This document shows positions 24,680-37,770 of a stretch of 64,000 nt of DNA, piece after piece. How positions within the stretch are numbered: the first letter of the stretch is position 1; every line of letters begins with the position of its first letter. The notes under the pieces are model-generated. The model was given only the letters and a program-made list of their open reading frames with translations, made no database searches and had not been told where the DNA came from. A program made the translations under genes and the position numbers. This DNA is from Vicugna vicugna (taxonomy: Eukaryota): contig MU057651.1 in the NCBI GenBank assembly GCA_013265495.1, positions 434,001 through 498,000 on the forward strand. The letters are read 5' to 3'.

Positions 24680-24910
24680 CTATAGTGGAGATGGCCTTAG
24701 ACTAGGAGTCCAAACCCAAGTTCTAGTCTCTTTCCCTTTTTGTAGACATTTGGTCTTGCAAATCACCTTACCTTGGCTGAACCTCACTTTCCTTATGTAT
24801 GAAACAGAATTACCTGTTTGCCTCCCTGGTAACTACATGGTTCAGATGAGACAATGGGGTGAAAGCAGCACAAAATGTGTAAAAGCTTTTACAAATGCAA
24901 AATGATATTA
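24680..24910 (+). mobile_element. MIR SINE
   Basis: ctgaacctcactttccttatgtatgaaa...gagacaatggggtgaaagca. Confidence 0.55.
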
Positions 24911-25034
24911 TTACTGTTGCTTCATTGCAATTTACCCCTCTTCAGTTATTCTTGCCCAAATGTCACAGTGTCCACTGGATAGATGTCATATTCAAGGCTA
25001 CAGTAACAGTTCCTTTCTCTTGCCTGCAGTGACA

Positions 25035-25525
25035 GAGCTACACTCCAGCCTCCCTCTCCAGATTTACTCTCTACTTTCTACCCTATTCCACCTGGCTTTG
25101 TGCCCTAGAGGCTGACTCATATCAACAGGCTCCCTTGTCCTCTGGATTCCAGTTGTGTTTGGCCAATGAGGAGCACTGGCAGGGAGGAGAGGAGTGAGGT
25201 TAGACTACTTATTCCCTGGCACCCTGCCTCTGAGGTTGCTGGGCATCCCTTGACCGAAGGTCACAGCTTCTGTCAAGGAGCTCTCTTCATATAATTTTCA
25301 TGTTCTTTCCTCCCTCTGGGTTCTGGTATCTGCTCCCACCCCTCTCTTTCTCAGGCCTAAGGATGGTAATGGACCCCACTATTACTAGTCCTGAGATACT
25401 TCAGTATTTCCTGTAGTTTTTTTGCACCCTGCCCAAACTTTTGTCATCAATTGCCTTTATTAAGCTCTATTCAATTTATCCACTCTGAGTGTGTCCCTTG
25501 TCTTTTCACTAGCATCCTGATGGAT
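25035..25525. mobile_element. ERVL solo LTR (LTR33-like)
   Basis: atcaacaggctcccttgtcctctggattccagttgtgtttggccaatgaggagc...ctttattaagctct...tgagtgtgtc. Confidence 0.6.
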
Positions 25526-28464
25526 ATATCCACCAAATCGCTTTCTTTTCTCTTCCCTCGACATTTTTATCACAGTAAAATATATGCTTCTAAAGGAGGG
25601 AATATTATGTAAAGCAATGCAGTAAGTTTATGGCCATTAGTATTCTGTCCAGTCATGTTGAGAATTAGCTCCTAGGTCACCACCTCTGAACATCTATAAT
25701 CAGGCTGTATATTCCTTTATATTCCTTTACCAATTGGCTAGTCCATCTCTTTGTCCTATTCTCAACCAACCACTGAAGAACAGTTAGAGGCCATGACTCT
25801 TGTGCCTACTCTCTCCCACAAAGTTTGTATCCTTGTTAAATTCCAGCAACCTGGGAGGCAACTGTCTGATGCACACTCCAGTCTCTGGTTTGCTGTAAAT
25901 CAGTTTGCACCCCTTTGCTTCCCTTGGACTAAGTTTGCAGAGAATGAGCTTACATCCTTTTGCTTCCCTTGGACTGGACTCTCAGGAAGCCTGGGAAGGG
26001 GGGTACAGTTAAGCCTCTGGGATTCCATGACAGCTGCCAGCATTCTGGCCCTGTGTCTCTGTTCATTAACTGTATCCATCCTGGAATGTTTTATAGACTG
26101 TCAGAGCTAGAAGATACCTCAGAAATCAACTAGTCCAGAGGTTCTTAACTTAAGATTTATAGATAAGCTTCAGGGAAATCCTCAAACACCCTATATTATA
26201 TGGAAAAGTAGCTTTCTATGTGCACATATTCATTTTTCTGGGGAGAAGATAGCTTTCATCAAATTCTCTCAAAAGGGCTTTTAACACAAAAGATACATAT
26301 ACCTGAAATGGCTCTAGAACAGTACCCTCATCTTACAGTAGAGGAAACTGAGGCCCAGAAGGAAAGCAGCTTATCCAAGATTTTACAGTAAGTCAATGGC
26401 AGGGTTTAACCTAGAACCAAGGTAAAGGTTAACTGCTCCTGTTTTTTTTTTTTTTTAACAAACCTTTTCCTTCCTCCACTGAACTCCAGAGCCACACTAC
26501 CACTATACTTTGTGCACAGTAGACACCAGATAGCTGTTAAATGCAATTGATAACTGCAATGGGCCCTATAAGCACACTTGCTTATTTTAATTGACCCTAC
26601 TAAATAGAATCTGGAGCTGTATGGGGCTCAGGGCCAACCTTGGAGCTTAGTGTTGCCAAGGGATCAAGCAGGGTTTTTCCACCCCAGTTCTTTCTGATGA
26701 ATGGAGTTCTGTCTCGTCCCTGTTTCTCTGAGCCAACTTGTCCCCAGGGCCCTGTGGAGGGGCAGGTGTCGGTCCTGGGCATGGACTCAGCAGCCCAACT
26801 CCAGCGCCTCTGCAGCTGTTCTCATCCCTGTGAGGCCCCCAGTGGGAGCTGACACAGAGACTCTTGGAAAATGGCAAAGAAAAACTAAGGAAGAAACACC
26901 CTCGAGCACTGAGGGGTTGCCAGGCTTCCAGGGAAGCTGGTACAGCCTAGTTCAGGTTATTAAATCACACTAGCGCCTGACAAAATAGGGTAGAAAGTCT
27001 TTTTCCTTCCCATCTCCCCTTCTGTGCCCCTCTTTCCCAGGTCACAGGTTATTTTCATATTACCCAGAGTCCCCTACTGTATTTCCTTACCTACGTCTCC
27101 CCATCTAAGAAATGAGTGCCTTTGCTGTAGGGCTTAGGTACCCAGTGTGGCAGAGTGAAAGAACAGTTTTGAGTTCTAGTATCAGCTCTGTAACTAACTA
27201 GCAATGTAATTTTGTATAAGTCACTTAATCTTGATGGGCTTTCACGCTTCATTCTTGAAAAATGGGGCTAATGACCTAAATGAGGTAATGGAGGTGAGAT
27301 CACTTGACAAATGCAAAACAACAAAAGCTATGTGGGGTCATTATGACCTTTCACCACTCAAAAATTATTTTAAAGGTTGAAAAGAATAATCTTGAGGGCA
27401 AATAGCCCAGCTGAGATCTTGGATGCCCAGATTTCAGTCTAACTGGGTTTTCTAGAGGAAATTCTAGAATGAAGTTGGAAGGAAAGTCACCATTGGCTTT
27501 GAGTCTAAGAAGACCAGTGGGAGGAATCAGTTGACACAAATGTGATTTATTCCTAGATCTTCATATGGTACTTTACATTCTAGAAACCTATGGGAAGAGT
27601 TTCTAAGGACTAGTCACTCTTCACCAGACAAGGAAGTAGACAGACCCAATGTGGTCTTACTGCTAGAGGATCAGAGGGAGTCAGCTTCAACACGACTTAC
27701 CCTGGAATAGACTACCTTGCAGAGGACAGAGAATTTCCAGAGTGTGGCGCAAGATAGTGGGAAGAGAATATCAATCTCTCCCTGTACGATTGGCCAGTCA
27801 ACACTGTTTCCTAAGGCCCTGGAATATTTCCTAAGGCATCATGAGGCAAATAATGATCAGTGCCTTCAAGAAATGCATGCTTTGTTGGATGAAAAAGGGA
27901 GAGAGGACAAAACCCAAAAGGCAACTAAGGTGCTTAAAGAAATAGTCTTTAGTGGGGGAGGGGGTTGACATTGTGCTTTTTAATGCATATAATTAGAAAA
28001 CAAATAGATGCAGAAGTTAGTAAACAAGTCAGTCTTTATCTCATTACTTTCTCTAATATATGGTACAGTGGACAATGACCACTAGTGGTCTAGAATAACC
28101 TTATTGTACTTAATACTGTTAATTATGAAAATAAGATTTAATTTTATGGTTCTTAGACTCTTCCTACTCTTGTTATTGCTGATGATAGTAATATTTTTTA
28201 AAATAGTTGACTTTTTACACTTACACTTAGTGGAGATACAATGGTGAGCAAGACAGATGAAAGCTCTGCTCTCTTGAAGCTTATATGGTGATGGTAGTGG
28301 TAGTGGTTCTAGCTTAGATTAGGAGATAAGGAAGACCTCACTGAATAGGTGAAATTTGACTTCTGCTTCTGCAATAGGTCACACTAAGTATTTAAAAAGT
28401 CTTCCTGCTACACTACAACTAAATCCTGGATAAATTATAGAAAAATTTTCCTTTACATTTCCCT

Positions 28465-29124
28465 TTTTTAAAGAGCTTTATTGATATATAATCCACATAA
28501 CATACAATTCATCCATTTAGAGTGTAATTCAATGGTTTTGATGTATTAAATTATCCATGTTATTAATTAAAGTAAAATATATATAACAAAATTTTGTCAT
28601 TTTAACAATTTCATTTGTGTAATTCAGTGGCATTAATTATAGTCACAGTGTTGTTCAACCATCACTACCTAGTTCAAGAATTTTTTCATTACCCTACATA
28701 GAAACTCTGTTACCTTTACTCAATAACTCCCCAATCCCCTTTTCTCTAGCTTCTGATAACTTCTAATCAACTTGTGTCTCAATGATGTTGTCTATTCTAG
28801 ATATTTCACATAAGTAGAATCATAAAAATATTTGTCTTCTTGTGTCTGGTTTATTTCATTTAGCATAATGTTTTCAAGGTCCAATTTGCATGTATCAGAA
28901 CTGCATTTTTTATGGTTGAATTGTATGAATACATGAATATAATGTGACTCCATTGTGTGTAGAGATCACATTTTGTTTATACGTTTATCTGTTAATGGGG
29001 ACACTTGGATTGTTTCTACCTTTTGGCTACTGTAATGGACATTGCATACAAGTATGTATTTGAGCCACTACTTTCAATTTTTTTTGGTATATATACCTAA
29101 AAGTAGGATTGCTGGGTCTTATGG
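28465..29124 (-). mobile_element. L1 3' end (L1MA/MB-like), interrupted by the ERV; continues at 31618-31660
   Basis: tgtgtctggtttatttcatttagcataatgttttcaaggtcc...atacctaaaagtaggattgctgggtcttatgg | tatggtaattctatgttt. Confidence 0.85.
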
Positions 29125-31617
29125 TGTGATATTTGTGATTTATAACAAGAAATGTATATTTGACTTTTGTCCTTGTTTCTGGCAAAGAACTCCAAAAACG
29201 GGATTTTCTAAGTGATGAGAGCGATAAAGATGTTTTTATTATGTCAATGAGGTGACTTTTGGAAAGCACCTAAGGATGGGGGCTGGTTGCCAGGAGAATC
29301 AGCCATGTGATTAAAGGGTTTGAATTTTCAGTCCCACACCCAGACCTTATGGGAGTAGGGGGAGCTGAAGTTTGAATGGATTGCCAATGGCCAGTGATTT
29401 AACTAATCATGCCTGTATTATCAAGCCTCCATGAAAACCCAAAGGGGAGGATTTGGAGAGCTTCCAGGTTGGTGAACACGTGGAAAGCGAAGGAGAGCAA
29501 CTCATTCAGAGACAGCATGGAAGCTCCATGCCCTTTCTCCATACCTTGCCCTAAGCATCTCTTCCATCTGGCTGTTCTTGAGTTATATCCTTTTATAATA
29601 AGCTGGTAATCTAATGAGTAAAAGAGTCTCTTGAGTTCTGTGAGCCACTCTGGCATTAACTGAACCAAAGCAAGGGGTCTTGGGGGCCTCTGATTTATAC
29701 CCAGACAGTCAGAAGTACAAGTGAGAACCCGGACTTGTGATTGGTATCTGAAATGGAGGGGTTGGGGGCAGTCCTGTAGGACTGATTCCTTCTTAACCTG
29801 TGCCATCTGACACTATGGGTAGATAGTGTCAGAACTGAGTTGAATTGTAGTACACCCAGCTGGTGTCCAAGAATTGTTTATTGGTGTGGAGAATCTCCCA
29901 CCTCCAACACACAGACACACAGTGGAATTGGTGACTGGTGTCAGTGAAGTGGGATTTGCTAGAATGGCCTGGCTCATGGTAATATGTGGTTTGGAAAGAG
30001 AAAGGATAAAAGGACAGGAGAAGAATGAACCTATGATTCCTGGGTGGCTATATGATCACCCACAGTATGGAATAGCAGCTATGCTGCAATCACTTACTAA
30101 AGGTAAAAGTTACCAATGGAATTTAGAGATGGATCCAACTCTTAGGGAGTTGGTTCACTGATGCATAAGGAAATGTAAACTAATAAGAGAGAGGCAAAAT
30201 ATTCCCTCCCTCAATTATTGTGATCTATAATAAAAAACTAAAAGTAAAAGAGAATAGAATGTCTGATCTTGATGCTAGACCAAAAGCAGATTTCAGTGAC
30301 TCAGAGTTTTAGCCATTATCTTCAAAGCTACCCACCCACAAAGGTAAAAATTGTGCAGGGACACCAGGACCTCTCAGACCTCTGGACACCAAGAAGTTAG
30401 TCAACGTGGGAAGAGGGCAAAACTAAAAACCTACTGAAACCAGGGAGTATAGTGTGAAGGAGCTGTTTCATTTGTGGATCAGTATCATCAGCTTCCTGAA
30501 GAACCTTTACCATAATGGATTATGAGAGTGACTGACTTAGGAGCTGTGTCTTTGTCTTGGGTTTTGGTGACAGCATGTTTGGATTGATGCAGGATCCACA
30601 GGTCGCTATGAAACAATCACAGATGGCTATATGTGATCCAGATACAAAATAAGTTATTCCCGAGGGAACAGTCAGCCTTGTGGACTGGATAAGTGTTCCT
30701 GGAAGGTCTGTTTACCCTGAAAAGAGGGGCTGTCTACCCCCGACTATGAATGCGAAGCAGAGCACCTCAGATGAAGCAGCTGATGCTTATATGCAAGCCA
30801 TGTGAGACTGGCTTTGTGATGACCAGGATATTCACCCACTGAAATATGCCCATTGCCTAGATCATGGTAAATGCTGTGGTTAAGTGAGGCCCTTTCACAT
30901 GGGCAACCCATATAATCTTATTGTTACAAAACATAAAGAACAGTTCTGGAAACCTTATCGAATTTGCTGTCTCAGCTTCCCCTTGGGTCTTACAGATGCT
31001 AATAAAAACATCAGGTTAATTTAGAAGGGATGGTGGGCCCAAAGGGAGAGTCAAAGGACTCTTTCCAACAAAGTGGAAATTTTGAAATGGCTTTTGAGAA
31101 ATAAGATGAATAAATCATGTATTGATAGAAGCAAGACAAAGAGGAAACAGAGAGGGAAGATTCACAAGACTTGCCCAGTAAGGTGGAAGTCTTTAGATCA
31201 TTATTAAGAAATAGGTTTAGACATTGATGGGGTTAAAACAAAGGTTTTAGTACAGCACTACCAAAGGTTGAGTGGGACAAAATGGCCTTCTGCTGGTCCC
31301 CCAACATTAAGGACTCCAAACAAGTCTGCTCTATTTACTCCAATTTGGAGGAATTTAACCTCTGATTTACAGCCAGTTGGTCAGAAGTACAGGTAACAAC
31401 AACCTGGGCTTGTGACTGACCTCTGAAGGGTAGGGGGCAGTCTTGTAGGACTGAACCCTTAACCTTTGGAATCCGATGCTATCTCCAGGTAGATAGTGTC
31501 AGAATTGAGTTGAATTGTAGGACACCGTGCTCGTATCCAAGCATTGCTTATTGGAGGTGTGGAGAAACCACTCACACACATCCTTACATGTTGAAATTAG
31601 GTCCAGTAACCCAATTA
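29125..31617 (+). mobile_element. Degenerate ERVL-type provirus (MER21-like): 5' LTR, tRNA-Leu PBS, decayed internal region, truncated 3' LTR
   Basis: LTR begins TGTGAT at 29125. PBS TGGTGTCAG(TG)AAGTGGGATT at 29936-56. Sequence about 29690-29930 recurs at about 31360-31600. 5-bp TSD TATGG at 29120-24 and 31618-22. Confidence 0.8.
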
Positions 31618-31836
31618 TATGGTAATTCTATGTTTATGTTTAGTGTTTTGAGGAACCTGGAACAAACATTTTTAAATGATTTTCTAAGCTTTCAGAAAAG
31701 GCAGGAGAGGGAAGAGGAACCAGAAGTTGAAACTAGAGCAGCAGGCAGTATCTAAAAGCTCAAGCTTCCCTGAGGGCAAAACCCCATAACTGGGACCCGG
31801 TGCTTTGGATAGTATCAGAAATGCAGGGCATGCAAG

Positions 31837-32309
31837 TGCCAACTAAAGAATGTCACCCATCATCCAGCTCTGCAAGGATTGAGTCATTAACCACTTCAAT
31901 TGCTGACCTTCAACCCACCCTGAAAGGAGTTCATGACTGAGATCAAGAATGAGGCACTCAGTGTTCTGGAAAAACTAGCAGAACAGGCCTTCAGATAGAT
32001 ATTTATTTTCGGGAGAAATTTTTTATGAACCTGGATTCTTGCATCTTCCCATAAGTAGAAAAGCACTAAAACCATTAAGGTATCTGTTCCTCATTACTAG
32101 CAGCAACCATCCACTAAGATGTGTTTAGTTGCATGTACCTCCATCACTAAAATCACATACATACTCACCTCCCCACCCCTTACCTCTTCAAAACAGTTTC
32201 TCAGACCTGTCTGAGAGGCTGTCTTCCAGGCTATAGTTCTCAGTAAGACACTGAATAAACTTGACTCAAGCTTTTATGTTGTGCGGGCTTTTTTTTTTCT
32301 CAGTTGACA
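31837..32309 (+). mobile_element. ERV1-type solo LTR
   Basis: Inverted termini TGCCAACT...AGTTGACA, AATAAA near 32254, and 4-bp TSD caag/caaa. Confidence 0.75.
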
Positions 32310-32649
32310 CAAAGTTCTTGAAAAGTAAGGAACCAGAATCTGCAACCTCCACATTAAGCTGGAACACTTAAGAGGGGATAAACCAGAAACATACCTATAA
32401 ACTTGTTTGTCTCTTTCATGACTTCAGGGAGGACACAAAACAAATAAGAACACTACTCTTAGGAGTTTGCACCCCAAAGCTTGCTCTAACACAGGTCTGG
32501 AATTCAAATTTGTACTACTCATGTCACAAGGGAAACCATAGCTGAAAAACAGATGCTGCCTACATTGTTAGTGCCCCCTGGCTCATGGTAGAAACAAATT
32601 CACATCTTTGTCAGAGGAAAGTGTCCCCAACCTAGACCCCTCAGGGTCC

Positions 32650-33250
32650 TCAAAGATTTAATTTAATCAAACATGAGCTTATAATTTAAAAAATATCAAG
32701 CACAGGAGGAAAAAAGTCACCATGAGGGAGAGTTAGCAGAAACAACACATTTGGATTCTCAAGGATATTAGAATGATCAGATACAAGACCTAAAATAACT
32801 TAGTGTGAATTGTTTAAAGCAACAAAACATGCAATTAAAATGAGACAAGAAAAAGAGACTATCAGCTATGGCCAGGCAAATTTGGATAAAAAATGAAATA
32901 GAATTTCTAAAAATGAAAATTGCGATCATTGAAATTTGAAGCACTATGAATGGGTTAAACAGCAAATTAAATATATCTGAAGAAAGAAAGACTAAACTGG
33001 CAGATTTGAAGATATTTTCCAGAATGTAGCACTAAGAGATAAGAAGATGGAAAATATGGAACATGAAGTGGGAAAGCTAAACATGTGCCTAATTTAAAGT
33101 GACCCCAGAAGGAAGGCCTGAGGTGTAATAAGAAATGGTGACCAAATAAATGGGTAAATCTGTATGTAGATAAATCTAAACAGTATTAACTGTATAAAAT
33201 ACTTAAAATAATAACTCATTTGTGGGGTTCAATACAGGATCTGAGATTCT
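32650..33250 (+). mobile_element. Ancient L1 ORF1-region fragment
   Basis: A-rich atagaatttctaaaaatgaaaa...gaatgggttaaacagcaaatta...ctgaagaaag...ccagaatgtagca...gagataagaagatggaaaatatg. Confidence 0.6.
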
Positions 33251-33289
33251 AAACAATAGCATCATGTAAGTTGAGGGTTGCTCAGACTT

Positions 33290-33910
33290 AAATGCAGTAC
33301 GTGGTACTTTAGATTTGATTGTGAAGACGCAAGTAGGCCTGCGACTATCTGAGAAGTACACTTTCTAGGTAGAGGGAGCTGCAGGATGAGGCTCTGAAGC
33401 AGGGAAGGTCTTGATGTGTTTGAGTAGCAGAAAGCAAACCAGTGTGATGGGAGCGAGCTAGCGTGTGTTGTATGAGAGACTGGATAATATAGAGCCAAGA
33501 TAAAAAGTGGATTTTATTCTATCTATGGTTGAGAGCGTTGGAGGATTTTAAGCAGAAGAGTGACCTGCCTGATTAAGAGTCTGAAGTATTTCTCTGGCTA
33601 CAGTGTGGAGAAGAGTACGAGTGTATTGCGTAGGGGCTGGGCATAGAGAGACCGGTTACAAGGCTACTGCATTATATCTTGGCCTAGGAGAGAAACAATG
33701 AAGAAGGTCAATGTGACTTCTAGTAAAAAATGACTCCCAGGTTTCTGGTTCAGGCAGCTGGGGGAATCGTGGTACCATTTACTGAGATGAGGAAAGCTGG
33801 AGGGAAGTAGGATTTGGAGAGGGAGCAATAAGATTTTAGTCTTGGGCATATTAAATTTGGGATGGCCGTCAGATAACCAAGTGGAGCTATTAAGCAGGTA
33901 GTTCAATACA
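33290..33910 (-). mobile_element. L2 LINE fragment
   Basis: ttggaggattttaagcagaagagtgac...tgactcccaggtttctgg...gtggtaccatttactgagatg...ttttagtcttgggcatattaaatttg. Confidence 0.75.
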
Positions 33911-36900
33911 CATGAGTCAAGATAAAAAAACTTTGTCTCAGCTCACCACGCCAACCCTGTGCCAGTCTCTGACTGGAGCCTATCCAGGGCAGGCAGGCAG
34001 GAAATGTTCCAGAATGAGAGTAGCAGTAACTTTTATAAAAAGCCTCATGCGTAATGTTTATTGAATCTTTCATTAACTCATTTTGCGAAGCTTGGCAGCC
34101 ACACTGGATGGGCAGGGCACACTGTTGGCAAGACTGGGAAATCAGTGTGGTTTGTCTTCCTCGCCACAAGATTTTCTCTTCTTCACCACTGGGGCCATTC
34201 CTCTCCCCATAGACACTCTCTGCCCTTCTCTTCACCCTGAATTCCACCAGGAGGCAACTGTATGTTTTGTCTGTGCAGAAGGCTGGCAGATGGGCCAGGC
34301 CAATTGTGCTATAGAGAGTTAGAATCTCTGTGACTGTAGTCCACAAGATGCAATTTTTTTTCCAGGGCTATTAAGAAAAAGGCATGTTCCTGCTTCTCCA
34401 CCTTTACTTATGCAGTTACCATAATACCTTTTACTCCTGTCTCCATCAACCTATATCCCACACATCCCTCAAGACTCAGATTTTGTTTTCGTCTTCTCTG
34501 TGCAGCCCTCCCCAGTTCTCACAATTAGAATTGTTCCCTTTGTCTTCTGTGTTCCTCTCGCTCTTTGTGCCTCTCTAATAGTGCTAACAGCAGTCCGCCT
34601 TGTAGTCCAGTTATGTGTGTAGTTCTGATTTCCTTATTATGCTGTCAACTGTGAAGACAGGGGCCTTTGATTGTCCATTTGTCTGTCCCTCGCATTGCTC
34701 CTTTGCCATAGTCAGTGCTTTATGAATGAATATCAGTAGAGTTGAACTTTCAATGAAAATATTTTGCGTGTTGAAAGTGAGCCTCATAGATATGCAAGCA
34801 AGACCTTACTTCCTGAAATACCATTGCTGTCTGAACAGTTGGAGAGTGTGTAGAACCTACCAGCAGTAGGCACATATGAGAACTAACTGCCAGCATCTGT
34901 AATATGCGGACGGAGAATCTAATCAAGCTTAAATCAAGTCACAGGGTGAATTTGCCATTTGCAGCTAATGGACTCAAACTGCCCCCAAACAGTGATCTGT
35001 TGTCTCCATTTCCCCATTTGCACTTCAACATTTAAGCCACTAGATGGTCCATATAATCTATTGTTTGCGCTAATGCACAATCAAGTTAGCTTCCCTTACT
35101 CCAACTCTTGCAGTTTTTTTTTTTAAAAGGAAGACCATTGAGTTAATGGTTCAGTGTTAATGTGAGTTGATTGATTTTATTGATTTTTGTGCTGGCAGTT
35201 GATAAATTACAAAGACAGGTGTCATGCTTTTGTGTTCTCTGACTTAAATACCCAAGCATGTCTCATACAAAAGCTGATGTCAGCAAAACCCTTAATCTCT
35301 GAGGATGCTGTAAGCGCTATCATAATGATTATTATTTTTACCACTTTTGCTTCCACCTCATAATAGAAATTTTATCACAAAAAACTAATCTTCTGTGTAG
35401 GTATAGGTTTTCATTTCTCTTGGGTAAGTAACTAAGGGACATCTGATAAGGGACTTGTATCTATAATATATAAAGAATATGAAAATACTTTTTAAAATAT
35501 TTGATTTTCAAAATTATATGTTTGCAATGTAACCTAAGGTGGATTTTGTACCATGTGAACTGCATGGAATTTTGAAAAGCAGGTGTGAGTGTGAGTTTCA
35601 TTTGGGAATTATTTCTTACACTCCATTCTTCTTTTCCTTATTCCTCTTCTTTTCCTCCTCCTTCTCCCACTCCTTCTCTTTGTCCTCCTTCTCCAGTTAC
35701 AGTAATGAATAGGAGTTTTCTTGTCCATAGATTAAGCATATGATCCATAAAGATGTTTCCTTTTTTCAATCCTGCAAAATGTTCTGATGCATATTGGGCA
35801 TTGATGAGGACTAGTTGTGACTCTCCTGCCTAGGCTATACACAAGCCTTTGAAGTCAGGACTTCGGAAGGCATGTTCTCTTAGGCAATTGAATAGTTTTG
35901 TTCCAAACTGAATCAGGACACCTGAGAGCTAGTCTGAACTCTGCCATGGTCCATCTGTGTATCTTTCTGCCACTCAGACACCTTGTATTTTGGGTTCCTC
36001 ATCTTTAAGATGGAGGGCTTTCTATTTTCCCAACTCTGACACAGAGCAGGGTAGGGCTGTTGTGTCTCAATATCCAAGGCATTTGGGAAATCTGGGTATC
36101 CACATGCACAATATGAATTTGTCTACATTTGGGAGCCAGTAAAATGTGGGGTGGGATCACACAAGAAACCTGATGCTAAACAGCTGGATTGCAAAATGAA
36201 TATGTTTGAAGCCAGCCACAGCATTGTGAGTTTGTCAGAAGCACAGGGGCTTTGCCCTTCTCAGAAGCTCCCCGAGAAGGGGTTATCCAAAGGCTTTTCC
36301 CAAAGCCTGGGTGGGGGCAGAGGGACTTGGAGTTGGAGGAGGGAGGGTCATTCTAACAGCAACCCCCAGAGCAATCTGTGAAGGCTTTGTTGTCTTACAA
36401 TGGGACAGCATGGCATGTCACTGCGATGGCTGCTTTTGAGCTTTTGGTTTTTCTTCTTGGGAAATGATTTCCACAAATACTTCCAAAATGAATGGTCTGG
36501 TACCTTTGGGGGAAGGGATTGCTGTTTGAAGTATTTACTTAATTCTTTTTATGGCTAGTAGTTGGTTGAAGTTTCCTATTTCTTTTTGAGCTAATTTCTT
36601 TCTTTAGGTTTTCCTTTAAAAATGATCCATTTCATCTGTTTTCAAACTAATTGGCATAGTTATACAAAGAATAACTTCTGATTTCACAGTCTTTTCTCCT
36701 TTCTTGTTCCTAAATTTATATATTGGTGTTACCTTTCAAAACATTTGACTGCTAGGTCCTATTGTCTGCCACTATTGATTTCTTCTTTCTACTTTTCTGC
36801 CTTTGTATGCCCTTACAAAACCTCCTTCTTATTTCCTTTACATTCAGTTGAGGCCAAAAAAATTTAGCCCTGGCTGAATTCTCACTATGTGATTAAGCAC

Positions 36901-37549
36901 TCTACCAGGAACCACGGGGAGATATAGAGGGAGGCATAAATTTGGTCTTACATTCAGGAAACCTGTGATTTAATGGGAAGGATTAGGTGGGTACTCATGA
37001 AAATACAGGTAGACCTTGAAACAAAGTGCTAAATGCTAGAGACCATTAGTGGAGGGATGCCCAAGGGTGAGGCTTCCCTCACTTATGACCAAAACTAAAG
37101 GAGATCAGTCAGGATCAGGGGCAACCCGAACACGAGGGCATGGCAGAGATCTTTAGGGTTAAGAGGTAGTAGGGCATATACAATTCAGAGACACACATGT
37201 ATCAAAGATAGGGGCTCCAAATTTCACTGGTCCAAGATGTCAGTGGGAGTCTGCAGCAGGGTTAAAAGCCATGTGTATCCTCTGTCATTGGATTCACTAC
37301 CACGGCAATATACAGGATGCTTATTGAACTAACAATGCCAGTTACTGACTGGATCACTTGGATGTGGTGCTAAATAGGTCCCATGTCACCTACAGTTACC
37401 CCAAACACTCATGACACGACACTAAAATGCTCTGTTTCAATGTATTTCACGCCATCAGATTATGTGCTCCATGAAGTCATGACCTGAATCTTACTCATCT
37501 TTGCCTCCACAGTGTCTGAACCATATGTAAGTGCTTTGTATTACTGAGG

Positions 37550-37770
37550 GGCCAAAAGCACAGGCTTTGACGTCACACAGATCTACACTGATTTGGCTTC
37601 ATCACTTTCCACCTGAGTAATTTATGTATTGTCTCTGGACCTCAGTTTTCTCATCTGTAAAGTAGTGATGACAAGAATACCGACTTCTAGGATTTGTTGT
37701 GAGAGTGAAATGGGATGACAGATTTGGAAGTACTAAGCAGAGTGCTTGTTCAGAGTAAGCATTCAATTAG
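37550..37770 (+). mobile_element. MIR SINE
   Basis: ctctggacctcagttttctcatctgtaaagtagtgatgacaagaataccgacttc. Confidence 0.75.

Noticed and set aside
29957..31360. Possible intact or domesticated gag ORF
   Set aside because: Only short ORFs (95 aa at most) with frequent stops; the internal region is decayed.
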